Positions 18,383 to 27,871 of a DNA stretch of 64,000 nt are shown here, in pieces; the stretch's first letter is position 1, and each line of letters opens with the position of its first letter. This DNA comes from an uncultured Eubacteriales bacterium. Its GTDB lineage: Bacteria > Bacillota > Clostridia > Oscillospirales > Acutalibacteraceae. Location of the stretch: contig CAYJKT010000001.1 in assembly GCA_964370775.1 (NCBI GenBank), forward strand, positions 89,542 to 153,541, in the 5' to 3' direction. Made by a program: the position numbers and the translations under genes. The notes below the pieces were generated by a model. That model was not told the origin of the DNA and ran no database searches. It was given only the letters and a program-made list of their open reading frames with translations.

Positions 18383-19276
18383 TTGGAATTTAAAAAAATA
18401 ACAATTAACGATAAACCTATTATAGACAAATACCTAAAATCAGCAAATTTGGGTGTGGCAGAGCATTGTTTTACAGATTTGTTCATGTGGCAAGATTATT
18501 ACTCCACATGCTTTTACGAAGACGGTGAGTTCTTGTATATAAAAAGTAAATCTGTAGAAGACGGCACCGATTACTATATGTGCCCAGTAGGTACGGGCGA
18601 TTTAAAACAAGCATTGGACAAACTTTTTATCAATTTTGGTGATGATATCAGCGTTATTTCTGTTACGGAAGAAATTAAAGAAAAAATAGAGAATATAATG
18701 CCAAATGTGTTTGATTATAGCGAGATACCAGAGTCTGCTGATTATATTTATCTTAGCGAGAAATTAATATCTTTGGCAGGCAAAAAATTACATTCTAAAC
18801 GCAATTTTGTAAACAGATTTATCGCTGAGTATGGCGAAAAATTTGTTTATGAGAAAATGACAAATGAGAATAAAAACAAAGCTTGGGAGTTTCACCAAAC
18901 ATGGAACAAGGAAACAGGAAACGAAGAAGAAGATAAGTCTTTAAGAGCTGAGACATTGGCTATTAAGAGAATTATGGATAACTTTAACGAGCTGGGTGTA
19001 ATTGGAGCTACTTTTTATGTTGATAACAAAGTTGTGGGTTATACCATAGCAACAAAATCTACTGAAAATTTAGCAGTGGTTCAAATCGAAAAAGGCGACA
19101 TAAATTATAACGGTGTTTATCAAATGATTAACAAAACTTTTGTGGAAAATGAGTTAGCTGATGTTGTGTATATCAACAGGGAAGAAGACATGGGAATTGA
19201 GGGTTTGAGAAAAGCGAAACTATCGTATAGGCCTGAGATTATACGCATGAAATACTGTTTAAAAAGGAGAAAGTGA
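18383..19276 (+). CDS. DUF2156 (MprF C-terminal / LPG-synthase-C-like, FemX-fold) domain protein
   Basis: 297 aa; GKKLHSKRNFVNRF and C-terminal GLRKAKLSYRPE resemble conserved DUF2156 segments; stop overlaps next gene start (TGATG). Confidence 0.5.
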   Translation: MEFKKITINDKPIIDKYLKSANLGVAEHCFTDLFMWQDYYSTCFYEDGEFLYIKSKSVEDGTDYYMCPVGTGDLKQALDKLFINFGDDISVISVTEEIKEKIENIMPNVFDYSEIPESADYIYLSEKLISLAGKKLHSKRNFVNRFIAEYGEKFVYEKMTNENKNKAWEFHQTWNKETGNEEEDKSLRAETLAIKRIMDNFNELGVIGATFYVDNKVVGYTIATKSTENLAVVQIEKGDINYNGVYQMINKTFVENELADVVYINREEDMGIEGLRKAKLSYRPEIIRMKYCLKRRK

Positions 19277-20055
19277 TGATTAGTTTTGCTAGTAAGCAAG
19301 ATAATATATTGCCTTTGTTTGAGCGTTGTTTTCCTGGTGCAGACGAGTTTAACAAGTATTTTTTTAGCAAAATATATCAAGCAGAAAATGCACTGGTATA
19401 TAAAAAAGAAGGTAAAATAGTAGCTATGTTGCAAATGTTACCATTTGAAACAAACATAGGAAAAAGTATGTATCTTTTTGGTGTGTGCACAGATGAAAAT
19501 TATCGCAGGCAAGGCTTAAGTGCTCAGTTAATGGAAAAATCCTTTGAAGTAGCAAAAGAAAGAGCTTGCAGTACTGTTATATTAATACCTGAGCATGCAT
19601 GGTTATATGATTTTTATGCTAAATTTGGATTTAAGAAAAACTTGAAATGTGACAAAGGGGAAATCGTAACAAATCACGCAAATCATATCAAAATAAACCA
19701 GTTAACTTATAATGATATTGAGTGCTTAATTAAGTTGTATAATGAGAATATAGGCACAGGCTTTTATGTTCTAAGAGATTATGAGTTCTATAAATGGCAA
19801 ATTGATTTATATGGTGACGGTGCTGTTAAATACATGGAAAACGACAGAATTATTGGATATAGTTTTGGGTATAAAAAAGATGACACGATAGTGCTTGATG
19901 AAATCATATCACATGATTATGATTTATGTTTTAATGCGTATGATTTTGCTAACGTAAGCTATAAAAAACCTAATGGTAATGATAATCTTGGAATGATTAA
20001 ATATCTAAGTGGCAATCAAACAAACAACGGGTATATTAATCTTATGTTTAATTAA
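19276..20055 (+). CDS. GNAT family N-acetyltransferase
   Basis: Motif A region YRRQGLSAQLMEKSFEVAKERACSTVILIP; translationally coupled to DUF2156 gene. Confidence 0.6.
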   Translation: MISFASKQDNILPLFERCFPGADEFNKYFFSKIYQAENALVYKKEGKIVAMLQMLPFETNIGKSMYLFGVCTDENYRRQGLSAQLMEKSFEVAKERACSTVILIPEHAWLYDFYAKFGFKKNLKCDKGEIVTNHANHIKINQLTYNDIECLIKLYNENIGTGFYVLRDYEFYKWQIDLYGDGAVKYMENDRIIGYSFGYKKDDTIVLDEIISHDYDLCFNAYDFANVSYKKPNGNDNLGMIKYLSGNQTNNGYINLMFN

Positions 20056-20060
20056 TAATA

Positions 20061-20097
20061 AATGAGCTGTGACAATAAATCACAGCTCATTTTATTT
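20061..20097. terminator. bidirectional terminator between convergent GNAT and RidA genes (aatgagctgtga-caataaa-tcacagctcatt, T-tracts both sides)
   Basis: Perfect 12-bp stem, 7-nt loop. Confidence 0.6.
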
Positions 20098-20098
20098 G

Positions 20099-20560
20099 TT
20101 AATATAATTCGAAAACAGCTTCAATTTCTACAGGGATATTAGATGGCAATGCGTTCATTCCAACGGCAGAGCGTGCTGGTGGTGTAGGTAAAATTGATAC
20201 TAACAGTTCACTTGCTCCATTCGCAACTGCTGGTTGGTCGTAAAACTCGTTTGTTCCAGCAACAAAAACTAAAAGTTTAACTGCTTGCTTAACATTGTTT
20301 AAATCTCCAATTTCTGCTTTTAAAACAGCTAAAACATTTAACATACAGTTCCTTGCATATTCTTTGCCTTGCTCAATTGTAAATTCAGCACCGAGTTTAC
20401 CAGCGTAAGTTAAACCGTTTAAATTAGGACCACAACCTGAAACATAACAAAGTTTTTCGTTTTCTCCAAACCTAACACAAGGTGTGTACACGCCTCCTTT
20501 AGGTGGTGCTTGTGGTAAAGTGATGTTTAATTCGAGTAATTTTTGTTCAATATTTGACAT
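20099..20560 (-). CDS. RidA family protein (YjgF/TdcF; reactive enamine/imine deaminase)
   Basis: 153 aa; typical RidA length and motifs (..VYTPCVRFG...AVGMNALP..VEIEAVFEL). Confidence 0.8.
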   Translation of the reverse strand: MSNIEQKLLELNITLPQAPPKGGVYTPCVRFGENEKLCYVSGCGPNLNGLTYAGKLGAEFTIEQGKEYARNCMLNVLAVLKAEIGDLNNVKQAVKLLVFVAGTNEFYDQPAVANGASELLVSILPTPPARSAVGMNALPSNIPVEIEAVFELY

Positions 20561-20579
20561 TGTTCATTTCCTTTCTTTA

Positions 20580-22166
20580 TTATGATTTTATAACAATACC
20601 ATTTTTCAATATAGGTGTTTCATCGCTAAAAACAGTCTCTCCACCAATTATCACGTGCTTCATACCAGTAGAAAGTAGGGTAGGGGTAGAAAAATTAGCA
20701 TTATCGCTTATATCATCTAAGTTAAAAATGTTTATATCTGCGTCTGCACCGATTTCTATTCTACCTTTCTGTGGCATAGAAAATCTATCGGCTGGCATTG
20801 CAGTCATTTTATTAATAGCTTGTGGTAAAGTTAATATTTTTCTGTCTCTCACATATTCTCTAAGCAGTTTTGAGAAAGAAGCGTTTAATCTAGGGTGAGG
20901 AAAATCAGCAGAACCATACAGTGCGTCCGAAATCAAAGCAGAGTAATTTAAACTGACGATAGTGTCGAGATCTTCTTGGCATATACTCATGACGATAATG
21001 CTCACTTTACCTTTTTCTTCAACCAATAGCTCAGATATAAACTTAACAGGAGTGTCAAAATTATATTCTTCACAAATACTAGCAATGGATTTACCACAAT
21101 ATACTTTGTTTTTGTCTAGCGTTAATCCACTAATAATAATTCGATCCCAACCTATATCCAAAACCATGTTACCCCATGATTTATGCACCATGTAAATCTC
21201 TTTTTCTAATAAATCCACTTCTGATTTAAGCTCTAATCTCCTAAGTGTGTCACCAGTTCCTTTATCAGTGAAAGTGGGTGGAATAAGGCTGATTAACGTG
21301 GTAGAGCCTCCTAAAAATGGGTAAAAATCTACACTGACTTCATAACCTAGAGCACGCTCTTTTTCTATAATTTCTATCGATTTATATATCTCATCATGCC
21401 AATTTTTTACACCAACAGATTTAAAATGACTGATATTTACCCTTAGATTTGCTCGTTTTCCAATATCAATTATCTCATGAACATGAGCAGATAAATCAGT
21501 GCTTTCACATCTTATATGAGAAGTCAATATCTTATCATACTTAGCAGAAACGGACAATAAACGAACATATTCGTCAGCTGTCGTGTAACATTCTGGAGGA
21601 TACATAAGTCCACAGGATATTCCAAGAGCACCTTCTTGCATGGCTGTGCTCAATAAATACTGTGCTATTTCCATTTCTTTTTGAGTAAAAGGTGAATTAC
21701 TAAAACCTTTAACACTTGTTTTTATAGCGCCAGTCGCTGATAAAGCTCCTGTGTTTAGATACCTTTTTTCTTTGGCAATCTCTGCTAAAAAATCGCCTAC
21801 ATTGTCATATATTACATCATTTACAGTAGTTCCTAGGCAAGGTGCCAAAAAAGAATATTGTGGCTCTTGTATCTTTATATTGCACGGATATGGTGCAAGT
21901 CCACAGTTTCCACAAATAGCAGTGGTGATACCTTGTGCAAGCTCAGTATGTCCAAAAGACGGATTTTCTGTAACCTCAAAGTCAAAGTGCCGATGTGTGT
22001 CCACAAAACCTGGTGTAGCAAGTAAACCTTTTGCATCAATTACTCTTTCACATTCACAATTAAATCTACCAATGTCTTTAATCTTGCAGTTTTCTACTAA
22101 TATATCGCCCATAAAAAGCTCAGTATTCTTACCGTCACAAATATTAGCATTTGTTATTTTTAACAT
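20580..22166 (-). CDS. metal-dependent amidohydrolase, N-acyl-D-amino-acid deacylase (D-aminoacylase)-like
   Basis: 528 aa; N-terminal metal motif GFVDTHRHFD; overall D-aminoacylase-like architecture; start overlaps upstream gene stop by 1 nt. Confidence 0.6.
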   Translation of the reverse strand: MLKITNANICDGKNTELFMGDILVENCKIKDIGRFNCECERVIDAKGLLATPGFVDTHRHFDFEVTENPSFGHTELAQGITTAICGNCGLAPYPCNIKIQEPQYSFLAPCLGTTVNDVIYDNVGDFLAEIAKEKRYLNTGALSATGAIKTSVKGFSNSPFTQKEMEIAQYLLSTAMQEGALGISCGLMYPPECYTTADEYVRLLSVSAKYDKILTSHIRCESTDLSAHVHEIIDIGKRANLRVNISHFKSVGVKNWHDEIYKSIEIIEKERALGYEVSVDFYPFLGGSTTLISLIPPTFTDKGTGDTLRRLELKSEVDLLEKEIYMVHKSWGNMVLDIGWDRIIISGLTLDKNKVYCGKSIASICEEYNFDTPVKFISELLVEEKGKVSIIVMSICQEDLDTIVSLNYSALISDALYGSADFPHPRLNASFSKLLREYVRDRKILTLPQAINKMTAMPADRFSMPQKGRIEIGADADINIFNLDDISDNANFSTPTLLSTGMKHVIIGGETVFSDETPILKNGIVIKS

Positions 22167-23278
22167 TATATAACAGAACCTCTCGCATCAACCTTAACAA
22201 GTGTTAAGGTGTTGTATTCTAATATATACACATTATTTTGCAGATTAACTGCTGGGCAAACATGAATAGGTATAAGTCGTACAATGTCGCCGACCTTTAA
22301 ATTTGTATAGCCGTCATCTGCTGTCAGTATTCCATGTTCCTCGCTTAATCTAGTTAGCTTTAGATTTTTATTACCAAGCACATGTGCAAAACCTTCATAG
22401 TAATATGGTGGTAGATTAGGGACTACATCAGTTGGGAAAGTCTTGCTACCTCCGTCAATTACAGCATAAGAAGTGCAAGGAGTACTTACAACAGTTGCAT
22501 ATATGCTAAGAGCAATGTCATCAAGCTTTACTATGCCTTCTTTATAAAGCATGTAGTCGTTAAAAATATAGGTGCCTGGTCGAATTTCATTCACCTTACC
22601 AGTCTGTGCAACAAGTACACCTGTAGGAGATGAACCAGCGCTTATATCCTTAATATTGATACCGTTTTCAATCAATAAATTAGCTACACTTTCCATAAGT
22701 TGCCCCTCTTCTATAGCGGCAATTTTAGGGTCAGTAGTTGGTTTGTTGTCGTATATTAAACTTTTAAAAGTAAAAATTCCTGTAAGGTTAAGATTAGGCA
22801 TTTCTGAAATAGTTTTTGCAAGCAATACAATGTCTTTTTGCACACCAGTACGTTTAGCGCCTGTATCTATTTCTAGACGAACTTCAAAAGTTAAGTTGTT
22901 ATCCTTAGCACACTGTTGCAAACCTAATGCACCCTCGATACTGTCAACTGCAAGAATTAGTCTCTTTACCTTAGACGCAAGAGAGGGGAGCTTATCGGTT
23001 TTTGCCTTGCCTATGATTGGGTAAGCTATGAAAATATCATCTATTCCACCATCAGCCATAACCATTGCTTCTGAGATTTTTGCGCAAGTTATACCGACTG
23101 CACCAGCTTCTATTTGCATTTTAGCAAAAGCAACCATTTTGTGTGTTTTTATGTGAGGTCGTAAGTTGCACTTTGCTTTAAGTGCGTGTTGTTGCATGTT
23201 AGAAATATTTTTTTTAGCCTTAGCGTTGTCGACAACTATGCATGGTGTTTGCAAACTTTGAAGTAAATCTAGTTCCAT
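22166..23278 (-). CDS. PLP-dependent alanine-racemase-fold enzyme of the DSD1/D-threonine aldolase/YhfX family (putative D-serine/D-threonine dehydratase)
   Basis: LRPHIKTHKMVAFAKMQIEAG (KTHK PLP-lysine motif of DSD1/D-TA family); start set at MELDLL after GGAG. Confidence 0.6.
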   Translation of the reverse strand: MELDLLQSLQTPCIVVDNAKAKKNISNMQQHALKAKCNLRPHIKTHKMVAFAKMQIEAGAVGITCAKISEAMVMADGGIDDIFIAYPIIGKAKTDKLPSLASKVKRLILAVDSIEGALGLQQCAKDNNLTFEVRLEIDTGAKRTGVQKDIVLLAKTISEMPNLNLTGIFTFKSLIYDNKPTTDPKIAAIEEGQLMESVANLLIENGINIKDISAGSSPTGVLVAQTGKVNEIRPGTYIFNDYMLYKEGIVKLDDIALSIYATVVSTPCTSYAVIDGGSKTFPTDVVPNLPPYYYEGFAHVLGNKNLKLTRLSEEHGILTADDGYTNLKVGDIVRLIPIHVCPAVNLQNNVYILEYNTLTLVKVDARGSVI

Positions 23279-23310
23279 ATTCATGCTCCAATCAATATTA
23301 TTATGTAAAT

Positions 23311-23339
23311 ATAGTAACTAGTTTTAATGTGTATGTCAA
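23311..23339 (-). promoter_or_regulatory. candidate promoter of the D-amino-acid operon (TTGACA-17-TACTAT) abutting the NACHT gene 3' end
   Basis: Minus strand atcTTGACAtacacattaaaactagtTACTAT about 35 nt upstream of start. Confidence 0.4.
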
Positions 23340-23359
23340 GATATTTTTAAATATATAAT

Positions 23360-25819
23360 TTATTTTGTTGAATTTGCTAGGTGTTTTTCTATAATACTTC
23401 CTTTATCGTATATAGCGTTATCAAATATAGCGCCGTCTAAAATAGCGTTATTAAAATTTGCGCCTCGTAAATCGCAATTTGAAAAATTTGTGCCACTTAG
23501 GTTTGCATAAGTAAAGTTTGCACTTATAAGCTTAGAATTACTAAAATCTGAGTTATGTATATTGGCACGGTAAAAATCTGAGTCGTTCATAGTGCAATTG
23601 ATTAATTCTGCATCATAAAAATAAGCATTATAAAAAGAAGAATTAATAAGATTAACTTCGTAGAAATCGGCTTCGAAAATAGTAGCGTAAGAAAAATCGC
23701 TATCATTTAGAGTGCATTCAAATAAATATGCTGAATTTAATATAGCCCTAGAAAAATTTGAATATATCATAGTAGAATCTATAATATAAACACTTGTTAA
23801 ATCCGAATTAGCAAAAATCGAATTAGCTAGGTTGGAGTTGGATAAATTAATACCATCAAGATCTGAAAATGACAAGTCACAAGAAGAAAAATTTATATTT
23901 ACTAAAGAAGCGCCATTCAATAGACTTCTTCTTAAGTCACAATCTTTTGCTACTGTATTCTGCAAATATAGTCCAGCACAGTCATAAGCTTGAATGCATG
24001 AATGAATATTATTTAGCCTAATCTTTGTGTTTGTAATCGTATTTGCAACTAAAATAATATTAAAAAAACTTAACTCGGCTTGGCGTAATCTGTTACCCTT
24101 AGTAGGGTTTTTCGGTATGCAATTTGTTGTAGCAATAAAATTTTCTAATTTTCTTGTGTTTAAATCAAAGTAATTGATATTAGTCAGATTATAGATAAAA
24201 CCTACAATATCTTCATCAATTAAGTCGTAAGATAAACTCTCACAAAGGGTTTCGTAGTCTTCGTTAACTAACAGATTAAATATATATTTTGCAAAGAAAA
24301 ATTGATAAAATGATCGATGAATAAATTCTACTCTGTTGTCACTTACTCTTGTGTAAAAATGTGCTAAAACAGGTGTAATGTTTTGGGTAACTGGGTTTTC
24401 GTCGTTTTTGTAATACTCAAAAGCACATTGATTTAAACTATCGTGAAAATGTGCAATGTCATCAAGTCCATTACCTATTCTAGTGCGTTCTCGCTCGGTA
24501 ATTTTATCTAAGATAGCGATATACAAATCGGCTCTATTTCTCATGTTGGAATACACACCATAAAATGCAACTAATTGCAATAACAACGGTATACTGACAA
24601 GGTCATACAAAGTCTTATGTTCTGTCAAATCTGCTTCAGTACACTGGTATTTTATTTCACTCATAGAATTATATACATCAATCCAATTTACTATCTCTTT
24701 TGGGTTGAGGGTTCTTAATGTTTGAACTGTGACAGAATGTTTTTCTAGGTTATCTGTAATATAATTAGGACGTGAAGATATGACAAACTTAACTTTATTA
24801 TACTTTTGCAGATAAGTTACAAGAGATGTTTCTGCTTTTTCTTTTGTCGTGTCAAGTATCTCTCTTAGCGTATCGATTACCTCATCAAAGCCGTCTAAAT
24901 ACACTGCTAAATTATTTTCTTTTGTCAGTTGAATTTCCGTGTCTAGGTCTAGTTTAAAACCAATTTTCTCAATACCTAGTGGAGTTGCTATTACTTTTAC
25001 ATTACTGCTATTGATAATGTCGGTAAGCTTGATGTAGGCGATGTTTTCAATCTTTCCGTCAAACAGTTGTTTGTTGCTAGTAACAAAGTCATATAGCAAC
25101 TTTATGCCTAAACTGCTCTTCCCATGACCTGCTTCGCCAGTAATAAACATAATGTTTTGTTCTGAGTTCAACCATTTGCTGATTGTAGGGTATATGTCAC
25201 CACTCTCAAAATGAGGTTCTATGTAGTAATCTTTAAGCTTAAATTCGTCACCTATAATCAAATTTTTACGCTCGTAAATATAAGTCATGTCTTTGTAATG
25301 GCTATCGAAAATACTAGGTGGTGGGGGAGGTGATGTTAATTTTTCAAGCAATTCGATAAGTTTTTTAATTTCAGCACCCAATATTTTAGTGCTATGATTA
25401 ACAACACTTCTTTGCTCGTCATTCAATGGGTTTAGTGAATAGAATAAGTAATAATATAAAAATGTTAAAATGTTGATTATCTGATTTTTTTTATGAACAT
25501 TTATAGCTTTTCCAGACGAGCTGTAATACATATTAACTTGCATTTCAATGCTATCACATATCTCGTCGTGTGTTTTACTTAATTCATATTTTGCCATATA
25601 ATACATTGTTTCTGCAAGACCTGTATTACCAAAAATCAGCTCTATTTCATCTGTATAGCTATCGTCTATATTAAAAGATAAATCCATTTCCTTGAACTCA
25701 TCAAAGAATTTTTGGTTCTGTTTAATTTTTTTTGCTTCTTTATATTTAACAGAGATTTTACTCCAAGCTAAGTCCCAAATCTTCCCACTTAAAAAAGAAG
25801 CCAACCCTAATTCTACCAT
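23360..25819 (-). CDS. STAND NTPase of the NACHT clade (bacterial NLR-like): unknown N-terminal domain (~165 aa) - PPPPP linker - NACHT - helical region - C-terminal pentapeptide repeats
   Basis: Walker A FITGEAGHGKSSLG; NACHT-type Walker B VYLDGFDEVID (hhhhDGhDE); C-terminus with >15 A(D/N)LxxA(N/D)F pentapeptide repeats (e.g. ANFTYANLSGTNFSNCDLRGANFNNAILDGAIF); start at MVELGL after GGGAGG RBS (track ORF begins at an upstream GTG inside the RBS). Confidence 0.8.
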   Translation of the reverse strand: MVELGLASFLSGKIWDLAWSKISVKYKEAKKIKQNQKFFDEFKEMDLSFNIDDSYTDEIELIFGNTGLAETMYYMAKYELSKTHDEICDSIEMQVNMYYSSSGKAINVHKKNQIINILTFLYYYLFYSLNPLNDEQRSVVNHSTKILGAEIKKLIELLEKLTSPPPPPSIFDSHYKDMTYIYERKNLIIGDEFKLKDYYIEPHFESGDIYPTISKWLNSEQNIMFITGEAGHGKSSLGIKLLYDFVTSNKQLFDGKIENIAYIKLTDIINSSNVKVIATPLGIEKIGFKLDLDTEIQLTKENNLAVYLDGFDEVIDTLREILDTTKEKAETSLVTYLQKYNKVKFVISSRPNYITDNLEKHSVTVQTLRTLNPKEIVNWIDVYNSMSEIKYQCTEADLTEHKTLYDLVSIPLLLQLVAFYGVYSNMRNRADLYIAILDKITERERTRIGNGLDDIAHFHDSLNQCAFEYYKNDENPVTQNITPVLAHFYTRVSDNRVEFIHRSFYQFFFAKYIFNLLVNEDYETLCESLSYDLIDEDIVGFIYNLTNINYFDLNTRKLENFIATTNCIPKNPTKGNRLRQAELSFFNIILVANTITNTKIRLNNIHSCIQAYDCAGLYLQNTVAKDCDLRRSLLNGASLVNINFSSCDLSFSDLDGINLSNSNLANSIFANSDLTSVYIIDSTMIYSNFSRAILNSAYLFECTLNDSDFSYATIFEADFYEVNLINSSFYNAYFYDAELINCTMNDSDFYRANIHNSDFSNSKLISANFTYANLSGTNFSNCDLRGANFNNAILDGAIFDNAIYDKGSIIEKHLANSTK

Positions 25820-25893
25820 GCCAAAACCTCCCACAGTTATTTCAATAATTTTACCATATATTGTAAAAAAATGAAATAGTTTGTAGAAAAAAA

Positions 25894-25919
25894 GTAGCCA
25901 TGAAATTAATCATGGCTAC
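25894..25919 (-). terminator. terminator of PASTA gene (gtagccatg-N8-catggctac + T7 on minus strand), separating it from NACHT gene
   Basis: 9-bp perfect stem followed by TTTTTTT on minus strand. Confidence 0.6.
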
Positions 25920-25925
25920 TGAGCT

Positions 25926-27788
25926 TTATTCGGTTACCGTTGTAGTATCTGTTGCAGTATCTGGAGTGATAGTGCCGTCTGGTACAGTGGTGTCTGGTTC
26001 TTCGGTTGGTGGAGTAACTGGTATTTCTACTTCTTCGCCTCCTAAAGATAGCGTAATAGATGAACCCAGTGCAACTGTAGAGCCTGCTGTAGCAGATTGT
26101 GCCACAACTTTGTCTTGCATGTTTTCTACAAAGTCACCTGTTGTGTAAGTGATAGAGAATAGCTTATCATAACCATTATTTATGATTTCAGCCTCTGTCA
26201 TTCCACTAAAATCTGGTACAGTTTGAACATTGTTAACAGGTACATATTTGATGTGAATTTCTGTACCTTGTTGTGTTTCGTACCCAGCTTCTAAGCTTTG
26301 CCACCACACTTCGCCTTGCAATCTGCCCTCTGCATATTCAGCAGTGAAAACAGGTACTAACTGTAGCTCGTTGCATATCTCCATAGCTTTTTCCCTTGTC
26401 ATAATGTCTGAGTATGCATTGCCAGCATTTAGTACTAAATCTGGAACATAAACTACATCACCTTTTGACACAACTAAGTTTAGTGTAGTTGATATACCTA
26501 TTTTTGTTGACTCTTTGTCTTGTGTTAGAATTGTACCACTGCTTAGTTCAGAGGTTGTGTATTGGATAGACACTTTTAGACTAGCACCTAACTCGTTATA
26601 TGGTTCTATCCAAGTGTAAACAGAATCAATGCTTTGTCCAACGAAAGATGGAACAGTAAAGCTGTTTCCTAAAGAATAAGTAAGCTCAATAATTTGGTCG
26701 TCATACAAAGTACCTGACTCAACTGATTGATATATCAGATTACCTTCGTTAGAGCTTGAATATTTCTCTTTAACTATAGTCATTATACCAAGTTGAGAAG
26801 CCACAGCAGATGCTTTTTCTTGAGAATATTCATAGAAGTTAGGAACAATTATTTCTTCACCTTTTGATACATTCAAGGTGATAGTATCGCCCTCTCTAAC
26901 AACTTCTTCAGCTTTGATGCTTTGTTTAAAGATAGTGTTTTCTGGGTAAGTATCATGGAATTCTTCAATCAATTCTAGCTTAATATTATTTTCTTCTGCA
27001 AAAGTTTTAGTAGCTTCTAAAGTCATGGTTGTAAAGTCTGGCAGAGTAACTGCTTCGCCCTCGCCTTGTCCTTTAGAGAACACTACGTACAGTGGGCTAT
27101 CTCTGCGAATTTCTTTATCCAAAACGCTGTCGTCGTTTATTGTGAACGAGATAACCTCGCCCTCTGGCACAGTTTCGCTGTCTTCTGATGTCACACGAAC
27201 TTTGCTCATGTGGTTTTCTTCCGCCCAATCTTCAACCTCTGCCATAGTCATAGCTTCAATATCTGGCACTGCTACCAAGATGCTTAAATCAGGTCCGTTA
27301 GATATTGTAAGCTCTATAAAGCTACCACTGCTAACAGTTTCGCCCTCTACTGGGTTTTGTACAAATATTTCATTAAGTGCAACAGTGTCGCTATACTCTG
27401 TTTCTGCACGAATTAGAACATCATTTTCGGTCGCCCAAAGTTCTGCTTCGGTTCGTGTCCAGCCTATCATGTTTGGAACAGCAGTGCCTCTGTTTAAAAG
27501 AATTACTGTTACAATAATCGCAATAACAGCTACAACTGCTATACCGATATAGACAACAGGAATGTGTCTCTCGGTAGTTTTTGCTCGGTTTCTGTTTCTT
27601 GGAGGTTCAAAACTGCTTTGTTCCTCAAAGTTAAAGTTATCGCTACTGCTACTTAGCTCGTTAGTATCAGCATCTTGTGTAGTTTTTAGTGTCCTGTTTG
27701 TAGGTCTAACACTCTCCAATTCGCTAGGGATATTCTCTGTGTTAGATTCATTGTTTCTTTTGTAGTTGTTCAAAAAATTGTTGTCCAT
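25926..27788 (-). CDS. membrane-anchored protein with seven tandem PASTA domains and no kinase or transpeptidase domain; disordered cytoplasmic N-tail, Thr/Pro/Asp-rich C-tail
   Basis: TM HIPVVYIGIAVVAVIAIIVTVILL then 7 repeats each starting (V/T)VP(D/N/S)(F/M/I/L) and about 65-70 aa long, ending ..SKG(D/E/Q). Confidence 0.7.
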   Translation of the reverse strand: MDNNFLNNYKRNNESNTENIPSELESVRPTNRTLKTTQDADTNELSSSSDNFNFEEQSSFEPPRNRNRAKTTERHIPVVYIGIAVVAVIAIIVTVILLNRGTAVPNMIGWTRTEAELWATENDVLIRAETEYSDTVALNEIFVQNPVEGETVSSGSFIELTISNGPDLSILVAVPDIEAMTMAEVEDWAEENHMSKVRVTSEDSETVPEGEVISFTINDDSVLDKEIRRDSPLYVVFSKGQGEGEAVTLPDFTTMTLEATKTFAEENNIKLELIEEFHDTYPENTIFKQSIKAEEVVREGDTITLNVSKGEEIIVPNFYEYSQEKASAVASQLGIMTIVKEKYSSSNEGNLIYQSVESGTLYDDQIIELTYSLGNSFTVPSFVGQSIDSVYTWIEPYNELGASLKVSIQYTTSELSSGTILTQDKESTKIGISTTLNLVVSKGDVVYVPDLVLNAGNAYSDIMTREKAMEICNELQLVPVFTAEYAEGRLQGEVWWQSLEAGYETQQGTEIHIKYVPVNNVQTVPDFSGMTEAEIINNGYDKLFSITYTTGDFVENMQDKVVAQSATAGSTVALGSSITLSLGGEEVEIPVTPPTEEPDTTVPDGTITPDTATDTTTVTE

Positions 27789-27871
27789 ATTTGTTTTAAA
27801 TTCCCTCTTTCCTAAATATCAAGATAGAAATACAGCTATAACGTTAGCCGTATTTCTTCTTGAAAAAATAT

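Noticed and set aside
23400-24000. Periodic DNA repeats in the 3' part of the NACHT gene as a possible CRISPR-like or satellite array
   Set aside because: Periodicity is 15 nt and degenerate, fully explained by in-frame pentapeptide-repeat coding; no spacer/repeat structure.
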